The notes beneath the pieces are model-generated. The model worked only from the letters and a program-made list of their open reading frames with translations, searched no databases and was not told the origin of the DNA. DNA of 58,645 bases, filler included, from Sphacelaria rigidula (Eukaryota), in the NCBI GenBank assembly GCA_964200075.2. It is 3 parts of 3 records of this genome, joined end to end, with 100 filler letters (N's around TTAATTAATTAA, not from the genome) between each part and the next. Parts side by side here need not be neighbours in the genome. Positions count along the whole stretch, not along the records: positions 19,585 to 39,067 come from CAXNAA020000662.1; positions 39,168 to 58,645 come from CAXNAA020000663.1; 1 more part is not named here. The stretch is one strand, 5' to 3'. A program made the translations under genes and the position numbers. Each line of letters opens with the position of its first letter. Within the stretch, counting starts at the first letter, position 1. Below, piece by piece: positions 35,820 to 48,060 of the stretch.

Positions 35820-37933
35820 TACCCGTGGAACTCCAGCTTCGTCCGTGTTGGGGGAATTTCGTGTATCCAGTCCTCTATTTATTGGGGGATTTCAAGGTAG
35901 GACGGCACAAGCACCACACCAGCACACGCCGGCAGCTGCTTCGCACTGCTAGACCGGTAAGCGATTTGCAGCAAGCAAGACGAAGGCGAAGCTCATTTTC
36001 GAGGAGCAACAAGACAACAGACCCCCGAAACAACACGTGTTTTCCTTTTTTGGCACGGGAAGGAAACAAAACACAACTCAGTCCAACATGCGCAAGAACA
36101 GGAATATCCCCCCAATAATCTGTACGGCGAGGAAAGCTGGGGCAAACCCAACAAAAAATCAAGCACGTGCGCCAGTGGTGGCGTGCACAAGGCGAAGAAA
36201 ACACCTCAAGAACATCCCAACAAACGAAAACACAACCCGATACGGATGGTACTTGACATTCATAGTGTGGAATGTTTGAAAAAGGTCCATCGATTTTTAC
36301 GGTGCGCGCGCATAGTAACGAAGCGCAACCACGTGAAATGACTTGATTTTAGTTTGGACGAGGAGGGGTTGACAGTTGACAGCCCTGGTGGGGAGCATAG
36401 AGCTAGTCAAAAGATCAACTACTTGATTTTGATGTACAAGCGGTAAAAAAAATACAGTGCGTGCCACCAAAACAACTTGTTTTATGTCAGAAAAGAAAGG
36501 CCTACTGTATGCAGTCCTGCACGTCTCCAAAATCTTAGGGTGACGAGCATACACGATGAAAGACTCGGCCAAGCGCTAGCCTCAACGATCACTTCTTGTG
36601 CAGATCTTTGAGAGCCTACATGAGCTCTACGGTACATACAGCAGCGAGAGAGAAGTCGTGCGATCATTTTCTCAGTGTGTAAAGTTCTGTTACACGAGGC
36701 GCACGGGGCGCGCTCGCGCATTTATTCTTGCAAAAGCGGGTGGATGTCAGACCGACGGGATCTGTGTTATCTGCTCGCTGCGCATGAGCCTGTTCCAAAA
36801 TTTAAGACTCATCCTGCGATAAACAACACACCATGATGTTTCCTATATTCATGACCATTTCATTTCCTTGGTGCAGGTGTTTTTTTTCGTTGCCCTTCTA
36901 TGCAACGTAGAAGTGAAAAAAATGACGAAATAACAAAACCTGTGAGTTCGTCTCTTGGTCTTCTAGATTTTGGGGTCAAATTTCAAGAGTCTCCTTTCAA
37001 GGGGAAGAAGAGAGTCAGCCCCTCGCCAAGCCGCCACGCATGTTTAGGATAGGGAAAACAGCACTCACCAGTTGTTCGTCTTGCTTCCTTAGCCCTCTCC
37101 GAAGCGAGAGAGGGCCAGCCGTCTCATTCCGGTGCCTCCCTGAAGCTCCTAGCTGCTCGCGCGCGCCCCCCAAATCCGACCCCTCGAAATGAATCCTCAA
37201 GTCAAAAATAGAAAAGACAGGCCTGCAACTATTTTAGGACCACGCGTGCACGTGGCACAAGTTCAATTTTCAACTCAAAAACCTAATGAAAACCACCCAC
37301 ACCGAACCAACAATCAAGCAAAAATGTGTAGAAGACACACAAGAGGCCACACCCTCAAATTACACGCCTCAAAACCAAGCAGAAGAAAAGCACACGCGAC
37401 CACCGGGAATAAAAATTGTCGCCCGCTGCTGCACCGATTGAGAATCTGGTGGTTGCGGCGTACAGCTAGGTAGCTAGGCACGCGTGCTCGATTCTCGCTT
37501 CAGCCTTGGGGGTGCTCTGTGTCTCGAGATCGTATTTGGCCGTCACCCCTCTTCGTCCTTTATAAGTACTAATTTTGTGCAGCCAGCACCCACGGCTTGA
37601 ATTTTTTTGTCCTCTTCCGCGGTTGGAATGATTCTCTGATTACTCGTTTTGGTAGGAAGCCTTTTCAGAATGATTTGATGATTGGCTGTAGATTTTGAAA
37701 CCGTCATATATACTCAATCCAACCCCTCAATGGTTGCGCACACATGCACATCACACATCACACATACTGTATGTACATTAGAAGAATAGTAGGATTCCCT
37801 TTGTCTGCGGAGATAGATCGGTGAAACTATGCACATCTATGTTGAGCTGTTGGTGTGAATAGCGCCACGACTCCAACGTAGGAGACTGGCGCTACACATC
37901 ATGTCAATGCCCACCGCCCCCGCTGGTGTTGCT

Positions 37934-38089
37934 TTATGTAGGAGATCTCGCGAAGTTCGAAGCGGTTGCTGCCGTTGATGTTCCGGGCTGAAGTTGCTGA
38001 AACAGAGCGGCCATCTTGGCCACCTTTTGCGCCGTCTCTCGTTTTTCTTCCTCGTACTTGTGTAGCAGAGCACGTAGCGTATCCTCCAG
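37934..38089 (-). CDS. Probable terminal exon of a coiled-coil protein gene (upstream exons not resolved)
   Basis: CAACAG|LEDTLRALLHKYEEEKRETAQKVAKMAALFQQLQPGTSTAATASNFARSPT* (156 nt), with amphipathic, heptad-like composition. Confidence 0.6.
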   Translation of the reverse strand: MEDTLRALLHKYEEEKRETAQKVAKMAALFQQLQPGTSTAATASNFARSPT

Positions 38090-39018
38090 CTGTTGAGCCA
38101 CGGTCACATTTCACAAAAGAAAGCAAATGCAACCAGAATATACCATGTTTGATCACCTTGCACGCAGCTGGTCCGATGTGTGTGTTGTTTGAGCTGTGAT
38201 TTTTTTCTCGGCAATTGTCGCTTGGGTCCTTCGATGGGATGTTGCTTGCAGAACCGAAGCCGGGTACTGTCTAAAAAACATCATGACACGACAGCTTGCA
38301 GTTGCTGATATGCTGTACTGTACTGTCTTGATTGTACTGTACTTCACTAGAGACCATCACGGACGGTATCATTGTTGCAAAATATAGATGAAGCTGAGTA
38401 CAGGGAATGACAACATAATGTGCACAGCCTCTTCCATGCGAAGTTTTCTCCCATAAGCACTATTGTTGTGTCAGACCCTACTCTGAGGCGGTCTTTTCAA
38501 GGCAGGGCCCCACTGTAGGGCAGTAGATACTGGGTTTGCGCCACCAATCTCTAAGTAGGCCCAGATCCACTTCTTTCAAGGGTGAGTCCCACTTCAAGGC
38601 GGTCAAGTTTTGCCAACACATCAACAAATGAAAGTAGCACCTGACAACAGTACTGTTGTGTACCCGCTCTGACGAGAACGTGTGTCTCCCCTCTGTTACT
38701 TCAAGATAAGAAGGCATCAAAAAATATGCAGCATACCCCACAGATGAAAAAACAGCGGTCAAAAGTATGTCCAAGCATCTTCCCTCACCCCATCCACACC
38801 CAACCCCACCCCGCTTCCTACTCCGCCGAGATTGATTTGGAGAGCACTCCTCCCTTCTTTCAACTCTTGCCGTTGCCATGCACAAGAATCTTGTCTGGCG
38901 CGATACACCATGAATGGTGCCATTCACCACTCATTCCACCGTATAATTTACCTTTGGGTGCTCGTTTGGATGTACTACTCGTATTATTCGAGTATGTTAA
39001 TAATGTCGAGAGCCGGTC

Positions 39019-39067
39019 GCCCCGGTGGCTCAGTTGGTAACCTCGTAACCTGCTGACGGTTGAGTTG
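39019..39067 (+). mobile_element. tRNA-derived SINE head truncated by the gap
   Basis: GCCCCGGTGGCTCAGTTGGTAACCTCG, the same head as 39314 and 51189. Confidence 0.75.
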
Positions 39068-39167
39068 NNNNNNNNNNNNNNNNNNNNNNNNNNNNNNNNN
39101 NNNNNNNNNNNTTAATTAATTAANNNNNNNNNNNNNNNNNNNNNNNNNNNNNNNNNNNNNNNNNNNN
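39068..39167. other. Assembly gap with six-frame stop linker
   Basis: 44 N + TTAATTAATTAA (39112-39123) + 44 N. Confidence 0.97.
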
Positions 39168-39313
39168 GTGAGTCACTTGAAGCGAATGATGAAAGCCATT
39201 CTCAATCGTATCATCTACTCTCAATCTCACGAAAACACTGTTATTCGCGGATGAGTGAGATTTGGGTCGAGAGCGTGAACCAGCTAGCGGTCTCGAGATC
39301 TATCAGCTAATTC

Positions 39314-39638
39314 GCCCCGGTGACTCAGTTGGTAACTTCGAAACCTTCTGACGGTTGGGTTGTGGGTTCAAATCTTGGAGCGAGCTGGAATTTCCTCTCA
39401 CACCATGCCCAACAGTGGTGAGCGACTATGTCGTGGGTACACAACAATCGACTTGATGGTAAACGAGGCAAAGGAACTGCTGAACCCCTCTTGCGATAAA
39501 AAATAAAGGCAAGCAACGCAGAAGCAAGGTGAGATACCAAAACAAGAAAAACACTCCCGTGTGACCCCGGCTGATGCGCTCACATATACCGAAAGGTGTA
39601 GACCGGCGTCCAGAATAGATGGGATGACAACACACACA
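39314..39638 (+). mobile_element. tRNA-derived SINE with (CA)n tail
   Basis: A-box-like GGTGACTCAGTTGG, B-box-like GGTTCAAATCT, body collinear with 51189-51579. Confidence 0.82.
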
Positions 39639-40383
39639 AATCTTCTCGTTTTCCGTCCATCTTGTGTATTACTGCATTGCGTCAATTCTTGTCCCTGCAC
39701 CGTAAAAGTTGGTTTCTGGAAATTTGTGTGCACCGCGCGTGACACTGCAGAGCCGCGGTTTTTTGTACGCGCCCTTTTGCTGCTGAGTTTGATTCACATT
39801 CGCTGATCAAAACCTGAAATTTCTGAACTCTGCGAGGGGCACGGTACCACACCATGGAGAATAACACTCCACGTTCGGCCTAGCAGCGGGAACCCAGGCA
39901 AAGTGTTTTGACTGCATTGTACTTATCGGCATGTTTAATGATACGCAGCAGGCACCGGCAGCTGTGGCGGTCGCACGCATGACGGGTTGACCAGCAAACG
40001 GCAGAAATTTCAGGCTCACGGCGGGTGCAACTTGACCCCTCGATTGTGTGACGATTGACTGGTTCGATGAGTGGAGGGTGCCTCTGCAAGTCCTCTAGGA
40101 TGTGTTGATGCTGATTATGATCAGGCAAGGGCGTGTTCACAAATGTGCTAGTGGCACGGTACAACTTCGCGACGGTCCTGGTAACGTGTTGCAGGCGTCC
40201 ATGACCAACACAAGAGCCTCTGCTTATCTATATCAGACGGTCACTAGCTAAGAAGCCTGGCCGGTGCTGACTCGAGTGTTGTGTGTGGCCATAATTTTGG
40301 ATTGTACGGTGGAAAGCGCTCTGCGATCCACGTTTTGTGCACTAGCGTGCATGCATCAAGTCGCCATGATTATTGTTTTTGTG

Positions 40384-40640
40384 TCGGTTAGTTGATTGTC
40401 GTACTTTAACTGACCCCCCAGGGATCCAGCCGTGGTCACCTGATAGACGTACCCAAGACAAGATAAAACTGGAACACTCGCGGAAGAACAAAAAGGGGCA
40501 GAAAAAGTCGAACAGAACGACATAGGAGACTAAGATGTGGGAAAAAAATGCATGAAAAGTCAAGAAAAGCGAAGCACAGAAAGAAATGGCTAGTCTTCGA
40601 CAAAAAAAAGAAGGCACAAAGGATTCAAGGGCAGTAGAGT
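40384..40640 (-). repeat. Interspersed repeat family E (retroposon 3'-end-like); related copies at ~52988-53270 and possibly ~19130-19345
   Basis: CCAGCCGTGGTCA ... CGTACCCAAG ... CTCGC is shared with 53048-53110, next to (ATTG/GTTG)-type simple repeats. Confidence 0.5.
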
Positions 40641-41013
40641 CGATACACACACGCACACACACACACACACACGCACAAGTGGGCACCGCAGAGGCACCGA
40701 CCTAAAGACATGATTAACAACCGAGGTGAGCAGACAGGATATTTCGAATGGCGGCCCTCGATATCCAGCCAATTTATTATACTTGGTAGTGTAGTTAGCT
40801 CTCTGTCACGTTTCGTTGGCCTAGTTCGAAGTTGCGCAATAAAACGTGCACACCGCCGAGATCTGTGGTCCTCCGATGCATGCAACTTCAGCTTCCATCT
40901 ACTTGTCGACTGTACTGTACAAAAAGTGTCCGAACTGACACGGGGATGAGCGCGCGGGTGAACTCTCACTTGTGAGCTACTCCGACAAGTCTAGAGTGTC
41001 GCAAGTTGAGTCG

Positions 41014-44000
41014 TCATTGTCGCGTCGCGCCCCCCTTCAGCCTGTCGGCCCTCGCCGCTCGTTCGCGTCGCCTCTTCGAGATCAAGTCCACCGACGATTG
41101 GAACTCCGCGTCTGCCTCTCTGTAGTACCATGTGCCGTCCTTGGAGAGAAATAAACTTTTCTCGTCAAGAGACACGATTTCTCCGTGCTTCGCACCAGCC
41201 AGCTGCACGTGCGACATTCGGAGCAGTACAAAAAAAGTGTATGTGACGATCGATACCGCAGAGGACAGAGGAAGCGTGCGGCTCCTCGGAATCAAAGATG
41301 AATCTCTACTGCACTCTTCTACATCGGCTTCGTACGCGTGAGGGGTGCATTTCGGGGGCGGGATAATGATACAAGTTTCTCTACAGTACCTGGAATCTTC
41401 GGCTCCGTTCAACTTTTGACCAGACGTGTAATTTTCGATTAAAAAATGTCACTTCAATGTACGAGCTGGACCAGCCTAGAAGCGGATTTGCATTTTGGAG
41501 ACCCCGTCTCACCTCAATTTTGAGAATTGGATATTGAAATTTTGGTACGGAGAATGATTAGGGCGTAATACAAAAACATATGTGAATATCAACTTTTTTT
41601 TCATTAGCTGAAGGCAAAAATCAGTTTTCAGTTTCTAGTAAAATGTCGCCAACTTATTTAAAACGAAGCTCAACGTCCAGAGATGTTTCTTGTTTCATGA
41701 TACCCTTTTCAATAGAGTTGTGAACTGGCTGCCAGTTTCTCTGATCAGTGACAGTCAACTGGTACAACTGGTTAACTGTTCGGTTTCGTAACCAGTTGAA
41801 CCAGTTATCTCACCCGACATACGTCATACTCCAAAGCGCTGTGTAAATGTGTCATTTTTATATAAATATTTCTAAAGTATTGTCGTACTACAATGACCGT
41901 GGAGATGCTGCTACAGAGGCGACGACATGACCGCACCGCGCATATACCTAGACGTAGACACGAATATCGCAGACAGTGAATTATAATATGAGAAGCAGGA
42001 ATAGCAGCAGCAGCAGCGACAAAGGAAGCGAGGACGACATGTCAGAGATGGAGGAGCCCACAAATTCAGGCAGCGGTGCTCTTCCTGTCGATCAGTTGTA
42101 AACTGATGTAATCACACTGGAAAATGTTACCAAGTTGTCGTGCTACAAGCAGTTCCCGGCGCTTGGATGGTACACGCGGAACGCCATGTATGGTGGAATA
42201 CTCTCTCACGGCTTCGTTTCTTAATTCACGTCGCAAAGTTCAGTGACATTTTTTCCCCGTTCATATTTACTCTTGTGCACTGATTACGTGCTCGAATTGG
42301 TGGCGCTAGGCAGCTAGAATCTACCGCGATTTTGACGAGATGTAAAGCCAAATGGTGTACTTTTCGTGCCTCCGGCGGGGGCCCCTCACCAGCCGAGGGG
42401 AGGCGTTTAGGCGACTAGTGGCTTCGCCGCTAGTTATCCAGTTTTAACTGGTAACTGTGACCGGTTGTAATTTTCTGCAACCAGTAAACTGATTAGCTAA
42501 ACCAGTTCAAAACTCTATTATTCAATTTTCGAACCAAATGTTGATGTCCAACTCTCAAAATTGAGATGAGGCGGGGGGATATAGAAACTGGGTCGGTCGA
42601 AAAAAATCGGAACAACATTTTGCAGGCCACTCACCGGCTCAGGTTTGGTACTTGTGTTTTGAAATTTTGTGTGGGACCTCACGAGGCCATAATGAACAAA
42701 AACAGCGGGACAGGTTGAGTTTTTTCCCTCCACTAGTTTCGTTTTACTAATTTTTAGACAATTTTTTTTCGAGAACGCCCTTACCTCTACAGAAAAATGA
42801 ACAACTATTTTTTTCTAGCATGCCTTCACGCTTCTCCGCAATAGGTTTCTGAGTCACATTTCCACAGATTGAGCTGAAGAATTGAGAGAATGGCCAAGAA
42901 CAATGTTCATTTTCCCTCGAAAAGCCCCGAAAACACGAAAAAAATGACGGAAGAATGAAAACATCACAAAAACCAAAGGTATTTTTTTTTCATATTATGC
43001 TCTAGCGATTCTCCGTACCAGATTTCAAAGTACAACTTAAAAAACTGAGACGCGAGATCCAGATTTGGGTTATTCAGTGCCTCTGCTCGTAATATATTGA
43101 TTTCATTACGGAATCTTATCTGCCCCGTAGCTTGAGATAGATGATGAATTAGGTGAAGGTGAGGGTATCGATCATTTTCTCGTGCTCCAGGTGATGCTCA
43201 CACCAAAAATCGTCATCATCCGCCGTACATATCGTTCGGTGGTTTACAAATACTGAAGTATGAACGTTATGCCCGTACTGTGTAGGGATCACTAGACATG
43301 GCGTCCAATCAACGAGAACAAAATTGGCCCAGAGTTTTGAGCAGGTGGGCATGTTCCCCTTGCTTTGACGACTAATACGACAAGCGGATCATGGCCCAAC
43401 TCGTCTGTGTCGATGAGATATTGCTTTGAGAGCTTAAACACGTATTTAGGCTGGACCAGCTCGTAGCTATTTTTTGGTCTGATTTGTATTAATCTTGCTG
43501 TTATCAAACTCGTCAACCCTTGTTTATGGATGCATCCAGTGTACACTGCCGTAAAAGGCAAGATAGATGCGTGATAACTTTGTTTTCTGAGACAAAAACA
43601 CCCTCGAGCTCCCACAAGCAAGGGGGGCTTTTTCGAATCTCACCATAGCGGTGAAGTACACGTAAACTCTCCCTCGTGCTGTCGGATCTTCCTCAGGTGG
43701 GTCCACCTCGAGTCCTGTGAACCTTGCCGTAGTTTCGATGAAAAATTGCCAAGGGAGGTGGACGCATCGTAAGGCGTGAGGAATCAATACAGCGCACGAG
43801 AAGAAGCGATGTTCCAACACCGAACGTCACCACAGTACGAGCCGGGCCAGCCGTGACGCGTACAAACCCATATAACAAAATAACTCCTCAAGCTTCCCGA
43901 ATTAGCCCAATTTCATCATATAGCTGTGAACTGAAGACCGACCGGATCATGCACGTACTGTTGCGAAAAAAATGAAAAAAAAGTGTACTCCATAATATAT

Positions 44001-46032
44001 TATATATTACCTTAACGACGGAGCCAGCTTCTGAGGGGAAAAAGAGGATCTTCCCGGATTCGAACTCGTGGCCTTCATAACTGGAGTCTCATGTATCACT
44101 TGGACTACAGGGGCGCAGCGGTGTCACACAAAAACGTGCGGGGCTGGGCCCAAATTTAGGAGTTTTTGGTCGAATTTTGAATTTCAACGAGGATCTCCAG
44201 CACGCAAGGACGTACAACATTTCTGGGGATGCCGACGTTTTTCTTTTTTTGACACGGAGTTATGACATTCCTCCAGTGTTTGCTGTGATTTCAGATCGTT
44301 ATAACTTTTTGTTTTTTCTTCTTGCCATCTCGAGCAATGTTGCGCGTGTGAATGTTGAAAAGGTGTCGAGATTTCAGCCCTCTATTATTCTCAATGTTAT
44401 TATTGTTATTTCCGCACACTAGTCCGATCTCTCGAACCTGTGGTCACAGACGTATGCTCGTCTTTCCAATATCGTCCCCTAACTCCTCCAATTTAGCACC
44501 GCCGGACCCGACAACATTCAAGAATCCCCGTCAGCTGGCCCAGCTAGTACGAGGAAGAGAAATGTTCGCTAGCATCTTCTTGGAAGAAAAAAACCGCGGC
44601 AAACAGTTGCGGATGCTACGTCACGTTTTCGATAACTCATGCCCTTGGCAAATAGCATTGCTCCCCACTGGACAAATAACGTTGCGGGGTAGCAGTGGAC
44701 GATAGCGCCCAGTGCCCGGCATAGGTTTTAAAAAGTGCAGGCGCTTATGGAAGAGAAAAGGGCTACGACTGTATTGCTTATCATGACGAGGGCCTCGGTA
44801 CAACGCAACAATCCGAACTGTTGTCAAGCAAAGTGAAAATGATGGAAGTGAGTCTCACCGATAGTCGCGGCAAAAGGTGAGGATGGACTCTCTCCACCCT
44901 TTCCTTCCATACTCGTCGTGATCGGGGTGAGTCGTTTGCATGATGTACTCCGGATTGTTGCTGTTGGTTTTCATGCCCAAATCCAAAGAAACAGAAAGCC
45001 GGGGGTGACAAGTTACACGAATGTCGGAATGTAAGATTGACGCGAATCTTGAGAGATGCCGTTTTTCTTCTCGTGGCTGTACCTCCTGCGTGGCTGTCGC
45101 AAAAACACTCCAATGTACGATGTGCTTGGAAACTGGCATGCTTGTAAGAGTACTGTATTATGTGGCCGTCAACCCATCAATCAAGAGTTCGATCGACTGT
45201 AGCATGTGCTCTCTGCGCTCCCATTGCATTTCGTATCGGGAGCTAAAATTTCACTCGCACCTAGCATAGGCTGCGAATCGTGCGCGCATTAGCTCCTGTG
45301 GCTCGGGATACTTGACCCCGTCATGGAAAGGCTTGCAGCATTCCCTGTATGGCTGCCCAGAATAGCAAGCGCATGGCTGAGAAGGGTCTTCTAGCCATGG
45401 CTTCCTCTGCCTATCAACACCGCTGTTCTCCTCGGATGCTTTACTATCAAAGTCCTGGACCATCGTCACCGCACTGAAAAAGGGTGGCGGGAAAAAGGGA
45501 AAGAGAGGGTGGAGAACGTCATGGATGAGAGTCATCGGCAGTAAAGCCTAGCTGCAGGACGAAGTACTGCCCCAGGGTATTGTGCTCTGGTAGCTGTAGG
45601 GCACTGCCTGTTTGTACCGAGTAGACAATATGGCGTAGGCGTACGGGGTGCACATGTACGGGTGATGGTTGTTGCCATGTTTTGCACACGTCAAACTCCT
45701 CCCGAGTAGGAATGCCTGAAACAGCGAAAGCGAAGCTACCAGAAGCATCAGCCAGGCACCACGAAACCAACGCCTATTGAACGAGTAAATCGTCCTGCAC
45801 ATTCAGAAACCCGCCAACGGCGCCACTGACCGCCTCACTGTTGGCCATTTTCGAAAGATCTGCTGTGGCGTACATCTACATGAAGCGGCATGTACCTGAA
45901 TCCCGAGGCACCCGCGACATGGTAGCTCCGCTTGAAGCGCGACAAAACATGATATGAGGGAGAAAAGGCTAACGCTCCTTGAAAAAGTAAAAAAAGGCTC
46001 CACACGCGGGCCAAGGCGTATCGCGCAGCCAT
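41014..46032 (-). CDS. SEC-C motif / YchJ (UPF0225)-family protein with predicted plastid presequence, 258 aa; exons 46032-45839, 45473-45261, 44960-44859, 43722-43644, 41202-41014
   Basis: Exons sum to 777 nt with compatible phases (2,2,2,0). Motifs PCACYSGQPYRECCKPFHDG, LMRARFAAY, YIMQTTHPD, VYFTA and EKSLFLSKDGTWYY match YchJ. N-terminus MAARYALARVWSLFLLFQGALA|FSP. Confidence 0.9.
41462..43463. mobile_element. Tc1/mariner-like non-autonomous element, family A, in intron 4 of the YchJ-like gene
   Basis: TA|CGAGCTGGACCAGCCTA ... TAGGCTGGACCAGCTCG|TA (TA TSD), with long imperfect internal inverted segments. Confidence 0.82.
41713..42517. mobile_element. hAT-like MITE nested in the family A element
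   Basis: TIR TAGAGTTGTGAACTGG / CCAGTTCAAAACTCTA. 8-bp TSD CTTTTCAA / TTATTCAA (6/8). Many subterminal AACTGG/CCAGTT motifs. Confidence 0.8.
44046..44114 (-). mobile_element. tRNA-like SINE head or tRNA pseudogene
   Basis: Minus strand GCCCCTGTAGTCCAAGTG ... GAGTTCGAATCC. No acceptor-stem pairing. Confidence 0.45.
44135..44549. mobile_element. Short mariner-like MITE (family A relative)
   Basis: Right end GTCAGCTGGCCCAGCTAGTA, degenerate left end TGCGGGGCTGGGCCC. Similar to 14111-14425. Confidence 0.5.
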
Positions 46033-48060
46033 ACCCCGCTTGTCGAACGATGAGCTAGACAGTCCATGTACACGAGATTGCATGTTTTTGTTGATGCACA
46101 CATTTTACCTTCAGACCTGCGGTCTAAAAAAGCACAAGCCATCTGCGGAGGGGAACAATCATATACGCATATTTTTTCCCTAAATGAAGTGATTTACAGG
46201 TATGCTGTTGAAAAAAGAGAATGCAGGAAATTCAATATCGCCAATGAAACCAAAGATCATAGCTGTGATATATTGGCAGTTGTGAACGGTTTTCAAGCAT
46301 TCTAATTAGAAAACGACTTTTCCATCAAATAGACAGTGAAATTGGACGTTGTGTCATACTCTAATGGCTCGTGGAGGTTTATTTTCGTACACCGTTTTGC
46401 TAGGAGCCCGGGACTGGTGTTGGTGTGGAAGTGGCCATCGCTCAACACGGTATGCTGTTGTGGGCTCCACATTGTGCAGGCCACCAGCATCGTGAGAAAT
46501 CCTTGGGAGAAAAGCTGAGAGATTGCAGCTTGGAGCTGCAGAGAGAGCCCTACAATAGTGAGTGGGATCTTACCGCCCATTTTTTCGTGAAGTGGGCTGG
46601 CTTCTCAGCAGCACATCCCATACGCCTCCGTGTACTTTGCCGTAGCGCTCGCGTTGCTCAATTCTGTCAAACTAGGTACGATCTTGCGAGTGTTGAGACT
46701 TGATGCAGCTACTCTCAACTAGAGTGAGCTGTTCCCGTACTTCAATTTTCAAACATGATCCCTCTCCAACTCTATATATACACACGTAGTACAGTGCGGT
46801 ACAGTACAGTATGTACACAGTTTCTTGGACCAAGGATACGTACGGTGTGAAAGGTCCCCATGTATCCGCCGGGACATCGGTACCTGCACCGCAGTTCGGT
46901 CCTACCCGCGCTGGTGTTCCAGGTGTATTGTGGCCCCGACATGCAAACTACTTGACGACTGTCCGTATAAAGCTTGGCAGCCAGTGTTTTCGAAGGATAG
47001 GTTTGTGGACGCGCTAGGGAACATCCACTGCTAGGGTGTGCAACTCAGCGGTGGTGTGTTTTTGAAGAAAAGCCGCTCAGCTTTTCGGAGTGGCGACCTT
47101 TCAACGGACAATGATTTGCCTCCCTGCGCGCGCGTGTTTTGCTCTTCTGCTGCATACAAATTTACTCTATACAGTGGTACTATCGGGCTCAGTGCAAACC
47201 GTGAAGAAGGGAAGCACATATGACGCTCTGTAGGATTCTGTAGTCGGATTCTGTAGTGGTGCCGTGAAGTGCAGTCATACCAAGATTCGAAGTACATTAT
47301 TTACTGTTGCTCATAACGTCATACCCACCTAACGTCAACTTGCAGGCTGGGCGTTATGGACAGGCCTCTACCGATCATAACAGAATCAAGCAGTACCGCA
47401 CATTACACGAGAGTATGGTGCAACCGTGTAGTGTACTGCAACTCTTCATACTTCACCCTCTCTAGCTCCCTTGAAATTGATCACAGTTTTTAGTGTAATG
47501 AAGCTGTTATGACTAACATGGCGTCCCCGAAAGTGATACGAATACCTACCCGTGAATACCGAACAGGCACTATCAGTGTTGTCTCACCATCGTGACGCGA
47601 TGGTTGTCTCCTTTTTCCCTGTGCCCATTGAATTATATTCGCCCCCCTTCCCTTGTGTCGGGGACACGTCAGTACGCCGTTGGCTGTGTATCCGTGGAGG
47701 TTCACCTGTTGTTGCTCGCAGTCCTTGTGTCGGTGTACGCTACACGTCTTTTTTCTTGGCTCGCCCAGAATCCTCTCACTATTTTATGTCGCCTGCCATC
47801 GAAGCGTGCTGAGTCAAGCGACCAATCTTTGGGCTATACGGGAATGTTCAATGCTGCCGAGGGTGCTCAAACCCAGGAATTCAGCTTTGTACGGTACACT
47901 GTGTAGTTGTCCCAGGAACGACCTAATTTACCGTGCACGCTAGAATTCACCGACTCCATGGTACATATCCATCGCCGATCCCATCATGCATATCTGTACA
48001 TATTCGTATCAATCATGACAGCAGCTGTACTCACAGTTTACCCATACTTCGTGAATCAGG

